Below are positions 44,137-53,111 of a DNA stretch of 64,000 nucleotides, piece after piece; the first letter of the stretch is position 1, and each line of letters begins with the position of its first letter. Source of the stretch: an uncultured Syntrophobacteraceae bacterium (lineage in GTDB: Bacteria > Desulfobacterota > Binatia > UBA9968); the NCBI GenBank assembly GCA_964404195.1, contig CAYOJC010000007.1:16772-80771 (forward strand), in the 5' to 3' direction. Position numbers and translations under genes: made by a program. Under the pieces are notes generated by a model, which saw only the letters and a program-made list of their open reading frames with translations, did not search any database and was not told the origin of the DNA.

Positions 44137-44163
44137 GAAAATTGCCAAGAGGAGGTGAGACGA

Positions 44164-44400
44164 ATGGCATCATCTGTAGAGGCCAGGGTGAAGGAAATAG
44201 TATGCGAGCAGTTGGGCGTCAGCGAGGACGAGGTGACCCCCGAGGCCTCATTCGTAGAGGATCTGGGCGCCGACTCGCTGGACATCGTCGAGTTGGTGAT
44301 GGCTCTGGAAGAAGAGTACGAAATGGAGATTTCCGACGAAGACGCGGAAAAGATCAAAACCGTTCAGGACGTCATTGGCTACATCGAGAGCCACAAGTAG
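44164..44400 (+). CDS. acpP: Acyl carrier protein
   Basis: [17 protein letters not shown] contains the phosphopantetheine Ser (DSL). 78 aa counted from the ATG at 44164. Confidence 0.95.
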   Translation: MASSVEARVKEIVCEQLGVSEDEVTPEASFVEDLGADSLDIVELVMALEEEYEMEISDEDAEKIKTVQDVIGYIESHK

Positions 44401-44473
44401 CACAGACCGCAGACAAGAAAGCAGAGGATAAGCGCCGCTCATCGCGGGCGCTTACCTGTCATGCCAAAAAGCT

Positions 44474-44524
44474 AATCGCAGGAGCCCGGGTGGCGAACCG
44501 CCGCTCTCCTGCGATTTTCTTTTC
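44474..44524 (+). terminator. Rho-independent terminator after acpP
   Basis: 11-bp stem AATCGCAGGAG / CTCCTGCGATT followed by TTCTTTT. Confidence 0.7.
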
Positions 44525-44575
44525 ACCAGCAGCGAGATAGTGAGAGCCGTGTCAGGACGTTGATCGGGAGTCTTT

Positions 44576-45046
44576 GTGATCGTCATCGGCAGCGACCACG
44601 GCGGAGTCGCGCTTAAGGATTTTTTGGTGCAAAAGCTGCGCTCAAAAAACCTTGAGGTGAAAGATCTCGGGACGCAAGGAAGCGACTCGGTGGACTATCC
44701 CGATTTTGCCAGGCTCGTCGCGCTCGAGGTCGCCAAGGGCGAGGCCGAGCGGGGAATTCTCATGTGCACCAGCGGCGTCGGCATGTCGATCGTGGCCAAC
44801 AAGTTTCCGGGCGTGCGCGCGGCTCTGGTGCACGAGGTCCAAGGCGCGCGTATGAGCCGCGAGCATAACGACTCGAACATTTTGATCCTGGGCGGCGGCG
44901 TAGTCGATCCGGCGGTAGCCGAACAGATTCTTGACGCCTGGCTGGAAACGCCGTTCGCCGGCGGCCGGCATCAGCGCCGCATCGATAAAATCTCCCAAGT
45001 CGAGCGGGAGCTCGGAACACGCGTCGAGAAAGACCGTAACGATTAA
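44576..45046 (+). CDS. rpiB: Ribose-5-phosphate isomerase B
   Basis: IVIGSDHGG, CTSGVGMSIVANK and ARMSREHNDSNIL motifs. GTG start. Confidence 0.9.
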   Translation: MIVIGSDHGGVALKDFLVQKLRSKNLEVKDLGTQGSDSVDYPDFARLVALEVAKGEAERGILMCTSGVGMSIVANKFPGVRAALVHEVQGARMSREHNDSNILILGGGVVDPAVAEQILDAWLETPFAGGRHQRRIDKISQVERELGTRVEKDRND

Positions 45047-45058
45047 AGAGGGGAAGCT

Positions 45059-46318
45059 TTGAAAGTGTCTTTTTTGCAGCAAACAGATCCCGACGTATAT
45101 GCGGCGATTCAGAAGGAGACTACGAGGCTCGAGGAGAACCTGGAGCTGATCGCGTCGGAAAACGCGGTGAGCGAGGCGGTGTTGGAAGCCCAGGGCTCGG
45201 TCATGACCAACAAGTACGCCGAGGGATATCCAGGCCGCCGCTACTACGGCGGCTGCGAATTCGTCGATGTCGTGGAGGAGCTGGCGATCGCGCGCGCCAA
45301 AGAGTTATTCGGAGCCGATCACGTCAATGTCCAGCCGCATTCCGGCTCGCAGGCCAACATGGCGGTCTATTTTTCTCAGCTCCAGCCGGGCGACACGATC
45401 CTCAGCATGGATTTGACCCACGGCGGGCACCTGACGCACGGCAGCCCGGTCAATTTTTCCGGGAAATTTTTCAAGGTTGTTCCCTACGGCGTGCGGCGAT
45501 CCGACGAAAGAATCGACTACGATGCCATGAGGGAGCTCGCGCGGCAGCACCGCCCGAAGATGATCGTCGTCGGCTACAGCGCCTACCCGCGCGAGATCGA
45601 TTTCCGTCCCTTCCGCGAAGCCGCGGACGAGGCCGGCGCGGTGATCATGGTGGACATCGCGCACTTCGCGGGTCTCGTGGCGGCCGGCATCCATCCCTCG
45701 CCGGTGCCGCACGCCGAGTTCGTCACCACGACGACGCACAAGACGCTGCGCGGCCCGCGCGGCGGCCTGATCATGTGCCGCGAGCCGTTCGCCAAAACCC
45801 TCAACTCCTCGGTCTTCCCCGGCATTCAGGGCGGGCCGCTCATGCACGTGATCGCGGCCAAGGCGGTTGCGCTCAAAGAAGCGCTCGCGCCGGAGTTCAA
45901 GCTCTACCAGCAACAGATCGTGAAAAACGCCAAGGCGCTGGCCGCGGCGCTGATGCAAAAAGGGTTCAAGCTGATCTCGGGCGGCACCGACAACCATTTG
46001 ATGCTGGTCGATCTCCGGCAGTCGGAGCTGACCGGCAAGGTGGGTCAGGAGACGCTGGACAAGGCGCGGATCACGGTCAACCGAAATACCGTTCCCTTCG
46101 AGACCCGCTCGCCGTTTGTGACCAGCGGCATTCGTATCGGCACGCCCGCTGTGACGACGCGCGGGATGAAGGAAAAAGAGATGGAAACCATCGCCGGGTT
46201 TATCGCGCGGGTCTTGAACAACGTCGGAAATGAATCTGTGCTCAAATCGGTCGGCGACGAGGTGCGTGAGCTGTGCAAGAAGTTTCCGATCTATCCGAAT
46301 CGGATTCAAAGGCGGTAG
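45059..46318 (+). CDS. glyA: Serine hydroxymethyltransferase
   Basis: [19 protein letters not shown] and [13 protein letters not shown] (PLP-Lys) motifs. The start may be the TTG at 45059 or the GTG at 45065. Confidence 0.95.
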   Translation: MKVSFLQQTDPDVYAAIQKETTRLEENLELIASENAVSEAVLEAQGSVMTNKYAEGYPGRRYYGGCEFVDVVEELAIARAKELFGADHVNVQPHSGSQANMAVYFSQLQPGDTILSMDLTHGGHLTHGSPVNFSGKFFKVVPYGVRRSDERIDYDAMRELARQHRPKMIVVGYSAYPREIDFRPFREAADEAGAVIMVDIAHFAGLVAAGIHPSPVPHAEFVTTTTHKTLRGPRGGLIMCREPFAKTLNSSVFPGIQGGPLMHVIAAKAVALKEALAPEFKLYQQQIVKNAKALAAALMQKGFKLISGGTDNHLMLVDLRQSELTGKVGQETLDKARITVNRNTVPFETRSPFVTSGIRIGTPAVTTRGMKEKEMETIAGFIARVLNNVGNESVLKSVGDEVRELCKKFPIYPNRIQRR

Positions 46319-46409
46319 GCGATAGGCTGTAGGCGGTAGGCAGAAAAATGCAATTAAGGACTCCGGATCTTACTAACGCCTATCGCCTAATGCCTACCGC
46401 CTGTTTTTT
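46311..46409 (+). terminator. GGCGGTA-heptamer hairpin plus T6 run between glyA and nrdR (terminator-like repeat)
   Basis: The left arm ggcggtaggcgataggctgtaggcggtaggcag (46311-46343) is complementary to cgcctatcgcctaatgcctaccgcctg (46377-46403). TTTTTT (46404-46409) follows and abuts the nrdR ATG. Confidence 0.6.
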
Positions 46410-46922
46410 ATGAAATGCCCTTTCTGCCACGAAACTGAAAATCGAGTCATCGACTCGCGCTTGAGCAAGGACGCCAATATGATCCGGCGCCGCCGGGCGT
46501 GCGAGAAATGTTTGAGGCGTTTTACGACGTACGAGCGCGTCGAAGAAACGATGCCGCTCGTGGTCAAGAAGGACGGCCGCCGGGAAGGTTACGATCGGGT
46601 CAAGGTCGTCAACGGGCTCAAACGCGCGTGCGAGAAGCGGCCGGTGAGCATCGACACGATCGAAGCGGTGGCCGACCGGATCGAGCGCGGACTTCAGGAG
46701 CGGGGAGAAAAGGAAGTTCCCAGCTCGGTGATCGGCGAAGCCACCATGAAAGAGCTGCACGATATCGACGAGGTCGCCTATGTCCGGTTCGCGTCGGTCT
46801 ATCGCTCATTCAAGGACATCAACGAGTTCATGGTCGAGCTCGAAGAGCTGTTGAAGGAGCGCAAGGGCCTGTCCTCGAAGCCATCGCCGCAAAAGCAGAA
46901 GAAGGGGCCGGAGACTCGGTAG
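46410..46922 (+). CDS. nrdR: Transcriptional repressor NrdR
   Basis: [17 protein letters not shown]....RRRR.C..C..RFTT.E zinc ribbon followed by an ATP-cone. Confidence 0.93.
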   Translation: MKCPFCHETENRVIDSRLSKDANMIRRRRACEKCLRRFTTYERVEETMPLVVKKDGRREGYDRVKVVNGLKRACEKRPVSIDTIEAVADRIERGLQERGEKEVPSSVIGEATMKELHDIDEVAYVRFASVYRSFKDINEFMVELEELLKERKGLSSKPSPQKQKKGPETR

Positions 46923-46954
46923 TCTTGATGCGCGATGAACGCCGATCGGTGACT

Positions 46955-47390
46955 AGCCTGGATTATTCATCGACCGAAAAAAGATCGTGACACACTTAGA
47001 TGAGGAAAGCGTTCTTTAAGTCTTGCGCGAGGATTAAAAAACTTCGTGACCTTCGTAATACTATGCCTGTAAGTTTTCGCGGTTTGCGCAAATTTTCTTG
47101 CGCACCGATCCTAAGTTGCGGAATCGACAAGAAAATACGATCTCACCACGAAGCACACGAAGGCCACGAAGGATTCGTATATTTTATACTTTTGAACTTC
47201 GTGCTCTTCGTGACCTTCGTGGTGAAATGTCTGTTTCTGCTTTGGTTGCGGCGTAGCCGCGCTAGGCTCTTCGTGGTGATAAACTTTTTGACCACGAAGG
47301 ACACGAAGCACACGAAGGAAGAGGCGCAAAGGAACAAGGCGTATCCCCTACGGAGAGGATGTTTAACGGTGAATTATCCCGGGTAGCTCG
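46955..47390. mobile_element. Modular MITE-like repeat, long copy carrying a ~205-bp nested insertion
   Basis: It is colinear with the reverse complement of 38217-38443, except for extra DNA at about 47058-47266 inserted inside the CTTCGTG tract. That insert contains its own CACGAAG/CTTCGTG hairpin (47146-47222). Confidence 0.8.
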
Positions 47391-47428
47391 CCGGTCTTTC
47401 GTCGCAAAATTATGATATGTAAACCCGT

Positions 47429-48535
47429 ATGGCGCGATCGAATTCGACGGAGCGCGATGAAGCCGACAAGCGATATATGCGCATGGCGCTCGGCCTCGCG
47501 CTCAAAGGCGCCGGCCGGACAAGCCCCAATCCCATGGTTGGAGCGGTCCTGGTGCGCGGCCGGAGCGTCGTCGCCACGGGTTACCACCGGCGGGCCGGCG
47601 GCGCTCATGCCGAGATCGTCGCGCTCAAGCGCGCGGGAAAAAGAGCGCGCGGAGCGACTCTCTACATTAACCTCGAACCCTGCAGCCACCATGGCCGGAC
47701 GCCGCCCTGCACGCTCTCGCTCATAAACGCTGGCGTAAAAACCGTCGTCGCGGGAATGGCGGATCCCAATCCGCTGGTCTCCGGCGGAGGCCTTCGGAAA
47801 CTCCGCCGGGCCGGTGTTCAGGTCCGCGTCGGAATCCTCGCAGAAGAATCCCGCAAGCTGAACGAGGCTTTCACCAAGTATATCACCCGCCGTAGTCCCT
47901 TCGTCATCCTGAAAATCGCCGCCTCGCTTGACGGGAAGATCGCGACTCGCAGCGGCCATTCACGCTGGATCACGGGTCCGAAAGCGCGCCGCATCGTGCA
48001 TGAGATGCGCAATTGCGTGGACGCGGTTCTCGTCGGAGCGGGCACGGTCATCGCGGACGATCCTCAACTCACCTGCCGCATCCCAGGCGGACGCAATCCT
48101 CTAAGAGTTGTCGTGGACGGCCATCTCCGCATCCCAACGACGATCCGTTTACTGCGCGAGCCGGGGAGGACCGTTGTAGTCACCGGCCCGCGCGCTCCAT
48201 CAAGAAAGGTGAGGGCGATTGAGCGCTCAGGAGCGGAGGTCTGGCGTTTGCCGCTCAGCGACGGCGCGGTCCCATTCGCGTCTTTGCTCCGTGAGTTAGG
48301 GAAGAGGGGAATCGTGAGCGTGATGATCGAAGGCGGCGCGACGACCGCCGCCCGGGCGCTCCAAGAAAAGGTTGTCGATAAGATTTGTTTCTTTTATGCT
48401 CCCAAAATCATCGGCGGGGATGGCATGACCATGATAGGGCCGCTTGGGGTCAGGAAGATGAGCCACTCAAGGCAAATCAACCGGATCGAGGTTGCCAGGG
48501 TCGGCAAAGATTTTCTCGTTACCGGCTATCTGTAA
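47429..48535 (+). CDS. ribD: Bifunctional riboflavin biosynthesis deaminase/reductase RibD
   Basis: SPNPMVGAV, HAE...L and PCSHHGRTPPC deaminase motifs, plus a C-terminal reductase domain (KIAASLDGKIA). Confidence 0.92.
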   Translation: MARSNSTERDEADKRYMRMALGLALKGAGRTSPNPMVGAVLVRGRSVVATGYHRRAGGAHAEIVALKRAGKRARGATLYINLEPCSHHGRTPPCTLSLINAGVKTVVAGMADPNPLVSGGGLRKLRRAGVQVRVGILAEESRKLNEAFTKYITRRSPFVILKIAASLDGKIATRSGHSRWITGPKARRIVHEMRNCVDAVLVGAGTVIADDPQLTCRIPGGRNPLRVVVDGHLRIPTTIRLLREPGRTVVVTGPRAPSRKVRAIERSGAEVWRLPLSDGAVPFASLLRELGKRGIVSVMIEGGATTAARALQEKVVDKICFFYAPKIIGGDGMTMIGPLGVRKMSHSRQINRIEVARVGKDFLVTGYL

Positions 48536-48644
48536 GCAACGCGACAGGCTCCGCCAAAAAGATAGGCGGATCAGCCCCCGCCACAATGCACGGCGGGTCC
48601 GCCTCAGGAGGATCAGGCTGAAACAGTAAGCAGGAGAAAACTTT

Positions 48645-49616
48645 ATGAAAAAAAAGATCGTCGTCGCGCTCACGGTGTGCGGGGCGAGGGCAGAGGCGCA
48701 GCAGCTAACGAAAAGTCCCCGGATAGGATACTTAGCTGGTTCCTCCCCTTCCGCTGCCTCGGCTCGCATTGAGGCGTTCCGGCAGGGTTTGCGCGAGCTT
48801 GGCTACGTGGAGGGGAAAAACATTGTCATTGAGTATCGATATGCAGAGGGAAAACTAGATCGCCTCCCCTCGCTCGCGGCCGAGCTAGTGCATCTCAAGG
48901 TAGATATCATCGTCACCGCCGGTCCGATACCAACTCGTTCCGCTAAGGAAGTAACTTCCACGATTCCCATTGTCATGACGCAGGATCCCGATCCTGTTGG
49001 CAATAGTTTCGTCGCCAGTCTGGCGCGGCCTGGCGGAAACATTACTGGATTGGCAACCCTTGCCCCGGAGATAAGCGGGAAACAACTGGAGCTTCTGAAG
49101 GAGATCGTTCCCAAGCTCTCGCGCGTGGCCGTCTTCGGGACTTCGATCTTCCCAGGCAACGCACAAGCGTTAAAAGAGATCGAACTCGCCGCAAAGGCGT
49201 TCGGGGTGAAGCTTCAATACCTAGACGTACTAGGTCCCAAGGATATCGAGACTGCATTCCGAGCCGCCGGCAAGGGGCGGGCTGAAGCAATCCTTATGAT
49301 GGTGGCGGGTGGCGTCGCCGGTGCTCACCGAACAGAGATTGTCGAACTCGCGGTAAAGAGCCGGCTCCCGGCGATATACGAAAGGCGAGAATATGTGGAC
49401 GATGGTGGCCTCTTATCCTATGGGACAAACTTCGTTAACTTGTCCCGGCGTGCTGCTACGTATGTGGACAAGATTTTGAAAGGCGCCACGCCCGCCGACC
49501 TGCCGGTGGAACAGCCGACAAAGTTCGAGTTCATCATCAGTCTGAAAGCGGCGAAGCAGATCGGCCTCATGATTCCGCCGAACGTGCTGGCCAGAGCCGA
49601 TAAAGTAATCCGATGA
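48645..49616 (+). CDS. ABC transporter substrate-binding protein (COG2984/ABC_sub_bind-like)
   Basis: It shares with its paralogs PRIGYL, GKNIVIEYRYAEGKLDRLPSLAAELVHLKVDIIV, IPIVM, ARPGGNITG and PVEQPTKFEFIISLKAAKQIGLMIPPNVLARADKVIR. Confidence 0.88.
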   Translation: MKKKIVVALTVCGARAEAQQLTKSPRIGYLAGSSPSAASARIEAFRQGLRELGYVEGKNIVIEYRYAEGKLDRLPSLAAELVHLKVDIIVTAGPIPTRSAKEVTSTIPIVMTQDPDPVGNSFVASLARPGGNITGLATLAPEISGKQLELLKEIVPKLSRVAVFGTSIFPGNAQALKEIELAAKAFGVKLQYLDVLGPKDIETAFRAAGKGRAEAILMMVAGGVAGAHRTEIVELAVKSRLPAIYERREYVDDGGLLSYGTNFVNLSRRAATYVDKILKGATPADLPVEQPTKFEFIISLKAAKQIGLMIPPNVLARADKVIR

Positions 49617-49622
49617 TCGAAC

Positions 49623-49683
49623 AATCCAAAACCTGTCCTGAGCGAAGCCGAAGGATCGGAAATCTAAAATCCAAAATCGGAAG
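49623..49683. repeat. TCCAAAA tract / CCTGTCCTGAGCGAAGCCGAAGG module / TCTAAAA-TCCAAAA tract
   Basis: aatccaaaacctgtcctgagcgaagccgaaggatcggaaatctaaaatccaaaatcgg belongs to the same family as 131-168. Confidence 0.75.
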
Positions 49684-49849
49684 CCGGGCGGATAGGGTAG
49701 TACGGTAAGGCGACACCGAATGATTTGCGATACAAAGATTGTTCGCATTGTCGTTTCGCGCGTCGAGGTGCGTTTCGAGCCAGAAGAAATCGCGCTGGTC
49801 GACTCGGAAGTCTGGTGAAGTTTTCTACTTCAGAGTAAGGGTCAGAGTC

Positions 49850-51208
49850 GTGATACTGCTCGAACTGCTCAAGCAATCCGAAGGCAAAACGCTGGAGTTT
49901 AAGCGAGACTTATCGTCCCCAGACGGCATAATGCGTTCGATCGTCGCGTTCGCCAATACGGCAGGAGGCACAGTGCTGATTGGAGTAGAGGACAAGTCGC
50001 GGCACGTTCGCGGCGTTAAGGAGCCGCTCGCTGTGGAAGAGCGCTTGGCCAATCTGATTAGCGATAACATCGTGCCCAAGCTGGTACCAGAGTTGGATTT
50101 ACTTCCCTGGCGTCGTACGCACGTCCTCGCCTTGCAAGTGTTTCCAAGCCCAGCGCGGCCCCACTATTTGAAGACCTTTGGAGTGGAAAATGGCGTCTAC
50201 GTTCGTGTGGGCTCCACTAACCGCCGCGCGGATGCCGAGATGATCGCGGAACTGCGGCGGTTTGCGCGGGGCGAAAGCTTCGACGAACAACCGATGCCGG
50301 AACTCGACTCTGAAGCGCTTGACTTCAGAGTAGCTTCCGAGCTGTTTGCTCCAGTACGTCGCCTGAAACCCCACGATCTGGAAGGTCTAAAATTGATCAC
50401 CAGACATCAAGGCCGGAAGGTGCCAACGGTTGGTGGAATATTACTTTTTGGAAAAGAGCGGGAGCGATATTTTCCCGATGCATGGATACAGGCGGGCCGA
50501 TTCCGGGGAAAAGATCGCAGCCACATTCTCGACACCGTGGAGATCCGTGCCCCCTTGCCGCTTGCCGTGGAACAGGCAATCGCGTTTGTCCGCAAACACG
50601 ACACTCGAGCGGCGGAAATTGGCACGGTGCGAAGAATCGAGCGGTGGGGCTTGCCACCGGCCGCGGTGCGGGAAGCGCTGATCAACGCCGTGGTTCATGC
50701 GGATTATGCCCAGCGCGGCGCGCCGGTCCGCATATCGATATTTGACGACCGCTTGGAGGTAGAAAACCCCGGACTCTTACCCTTCGGTCTTACGATCGAA
50801 GACCTCCGCCATGGCATATCGAAGCTGCGAAACCGAGTCCTGGGGCGAGTTTTTTACTTACTCGGACTGATCGAACAGTGGGGCAGCGGAGTCGAGCGGA
50901 TGACAGTTGCCTGCCACAACGCCGGACTGGCAGCGCCGCACTTGGAGGAGATTGGCACCCATTTCCGAGTCTCGTTGTACACTGCGCGTGACTATTCGCT
51001 CCGTGTGGATGAGATTGAAAAGGCGATTCTCCACGCAATGGCGGGTGGCAACGGATTATCCACTCAGGAAATCGCCGCCAAGATCGAACGTTCGGCGCGG
51101 GCCACTCGCACACGGTTGCTTGCGCTGGTTGCGCGCGGTTTGGTCGCTGAAGTCGGCACAAGTCCGCAAGACCCCAGACGAAAGTATTTCCTTTTGGACC
51201 GGAAATGA
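49850..51208 (+). CDS. AlbA_2 (Schlafen-like) / HATPase_c_4 / wHTH protein ('putative DNA-binding ATP-binding protein')
   Basis: EGKTLEFKRDLS....IVAFANTAGGTVLIGVED is the AlbA_2 region. ALINAVVHADY....PVRISIFDDRLEVENPG is HATPase_c_4-like. The C-terminus is wHTH-like (LSTQEIAAKIERSARATRTRLLALVARGLV). The GTG 49850 start is inferred. Confidence 0.78.
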   Translation: MILLELLKQSEGKTLEFKRDLSSPDGIMRSIVAFANTAGGTVLIGVEDKSRHVRGVKEPLAVEERLANLISDNIVPKLVPELDLLPWRRTHVLALQVFPSPARPHYLKTFGVENGVYVRVGSTNRRADAEMIAELRRFARGESFDEQPMPELDSEALDFRVASELFAPVRRLKPHDLEGLKLITRHQGRKVPTVGGILLFGKERERYFPDAWIQAGRFRGKDRSHILDTVEIRAPLPLAVEQAIAFVRKHDTRAAEIGTVRRIERWGLPPAAVREALINAVVHADYAQRGAPVRISIFDDRLEVENPGLLPFGLTIEDLRHGISKLRNRVLGRVFYLLGLIEQWGSGVERMTVACHNAGLAAPHLEEIGTHFRVSLYTARDYSLRVDEIEKAILHAMAGGNGLSTQEIAAKIERSARATRTRLLALVARGLVAEVGTSPQDPRRKYFLLDRK

Positions 51209-51364
51209 TCGCGAGTCACGATTGGAACTTTTTGTGATATTTATTTCCTCCGAAACTTGGTTACTAAACGGCATTGTCGTTCGCTCGGGCGATACGTCTG
51301 ACAATTGCGGGGACTAAGACATGACTGAAACATCTCGAACTGCATTTCCGTGGTTCCAACCCGA

Positions 51365-51398
51365 CAATCTAAAATCGAAAATCCAAAGTCTAAAATCG
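51365..51398. repeat. TCTAAAA/TCGAAAA/TCCAAAG heptamer tract
   Basis: caatctaaaatcgaaaatccaaagtctaaaatcg lies immediately upstream of the likely SBP start at 51399. Confidence 0.7.
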
Positions 51399-52358
51399 AT
51401 GGGGCTTGTCGCCATCGGTGTCGCATTCGCGCTGTGTGGGGGTGTGGTCGAGGCGCAGCAGCCGGGGAAGATCCCTTGGGTCGGTTATCTGGCTGACGCC
51501 GGCTCGTCTCCCCACCAAGCGTTTTTGCAAGGGCTGCGCGATCTCGGCTACGTCGAGGGCAAGAACATCGGTTTTGTATTTCGGACGACGGAGGGGAAAA
51601 CTGAACGGCGCCCCGAACTCCTCGCCGATTTGGTCCGTCTGAAAGTGGACATCATTTTCGCGGATGGTACCGGCCCGGCCCTGGCCGCCAAGAAAGCCAC
51701 CAGCACGATTCCAATTGTGATGACGGGCGCTACCGATCCAGTGGGGACGGGGCTCGTCGCCAGCCTAGCTCGGCCTGGCGGGAATATAGCGGGACTGACA
51801 AACGTTGCCGGAGAGTTGGGCGGAAAACTTTTGGACCTACTCAAGGAGATCGTTCCAGGACTCAGTCGTGCGGCCATTCTGAGGACGGCGGGTCCAGCGA
51901 ATGACCTCTTTGTAAAAGAGATGGAGGTTCCCGCCCGAGCGTTGGGAGTGCAGCTTATCCCCGTGCTGGTTCAGGGACTGGACGATATCGAGGGCGCATT
52001 TCGAGCCATGACCAAAGAACGGGCTAATGGTATTGTCATGCGTCTCCCGTCGAGTGTCTATTTTGCTCACTTCAAGCGAGTAGCGGAATTAACAGTGAAA
52101 TATCGTCTACCGGCTATCTCCACATCGGTATCTTGGGTGGATGCCGGAGGCCTCATAGGATACGGGCAGGACTCCAACATTAGCTACCGCCGCGCAGCCA
52201 CCTACGTTGACAAAATTCTCAAGGGCACGAAACCGGCTGACTTGCCAGTGGAGGCGCCAATGAAGTTCGATCTGGTGATCAATCTGAAGGCGGCCAAGCA
52301 GATCGGTCTCACGATTCCGCCGAACGTGTTGGCGCGGGCGGACAAGGTGATCAAATAA
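51399..52358 (+). CDS. ABC transporter substrate-binding protein (COG2984/ABC_sub_bind-like)
   Basis: Signal peptide MGLVAIGVAFALCGGVVEA, then the family motifs GKNIGFVFRTTEGK..R.PELLADLVRLKVDIIF, IPIVM, ARPGGNIAG and LKAAKQIGLTIPPNVLARADKVIK. The ORF is open from 51321, but that part is repeat-encoded. Confidence 0.85.
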   Translation: MGLVAIGVAFALCGGVVEAQQPGKIPWVGYLADAGSSPHQAFLQGLRDLGYVEGKNIGFVFRTTEGKTERRPELLADLVRLKVDIIFADGTGPALAAKKATSTIPIVMTGATDPVGTGLVASLARPGGNIAGLTNVAGELGGKLLDLLKEIVPGLSRAAILRTAGPANDLFVKEMEVPARALGVQLIPVLVQGLDDIEGAFRAMTKERANGIVMRLPSSVYFAHFKRVAELTVKYRLPAISTSVSWVDAGGLIGYGQDSNISYRRAATYVDKILKGTKPADLPVEAPMKFDLVINLKAAKQIGLTIPPNVLARADKVIK

Positions 52359-52490
52359 GGCAGAAGGCAGCAAGTAAAGAACAAGGCGCAAAGCGCGAAG
52401 AGCTGAGGGTTGAGAGAGCTAAGAGTCAGGAACTGCGAATCTCTTGGCTCTAAGCTCTGGGGCCTTGGCTAGAGAAAGAACAAAGAGCAG

Positions 52491-53111
52491 ATGTTTACCG
52501 GCATTATAGAAGATGTAGGGACGGTTGACCGCTGGCAGATGCGCAGAGGCGCCGGGGTGTTGACGTTGACCACGCGGCTGCCGCTCGGCGAGATGAAGAT
52601 CGGATCGAGCCTTGCAGTCAACGGCGTCTGTCTCACTGTCGTTGCCAAGGCCGCGCGGCGCGTGACGGTCGATGTCTCCCCTGAGACGATCAAGCGGACG
52701 AACTTCAGCAAGCTTAAGGCCGGCGACCCGGTCAATCTTGAGCGGCCACTCAGGCTCAACGATCGCCTGAGCGGCCATCTGGTGACGGGCCACGTCGATG
52801 GGGTCGGCGTTGTAGAGGAAATCAGCAAGCAAGGAAAGTTCACCTTCTATAGCTTTCGGGTTCCGGCCGCTTTGGGCCGGCTGCTGGTGCCCAAGGGATC
52901 AGTCGCGGTCGACGGGATAAGCCTCACCGTCAACGACTGCGGGCAGCGTCATTTTTCGCTTGCAGTCATCCCGCACACTCTCCAGCACACTAATTTGCGC
53001 GACCGTGGGGTTGGTGATAAAGTCAACATCGAAACCGATTTGATCGGAAAATATGTTCAGCGACTGCTCCCTCTAAAGCCATGCCTGTCTCCAACATCGA
53101 AGAAATCCTAG
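52491..53111 (+). CDS. ribE: Riboflavin synthase (alpha chain)
   Basis: [25 protein letters not shown] and [12 protein letters not shown] show the duplicated beta-barrel motifs. Confidence 0.9.
   Translation: MFTGIIEDVGTVDRWQMRRGAGVLTLTTRLPLGEMKIGSSLAVNGVCLTVVAKAARRVTVDVSPETIKRTNFSKLKAGDPVNLERPLRLNDRLSGHLVTGHVDGVGVVEEISKQGKFTFYSFRVPAALGRLLVPKGSVAVDGISLTVNDCGQRHFSLAVIPHTLQHTNLRDRGVGDKVNIETDLIGKYVQRLLPLKPCLSPTSKKS

Noticed and set aside
46923-47428. An FMN riboswitch upstream of ribD (also sought upstream of ribE at 52359-52490).
   Set aside because: Both regions are occupied by the repeat families described above. I could not find the conserved FMN-aptamer core by eye. A covariance-model scan (Rfam RF00050) would be needed to be sure.
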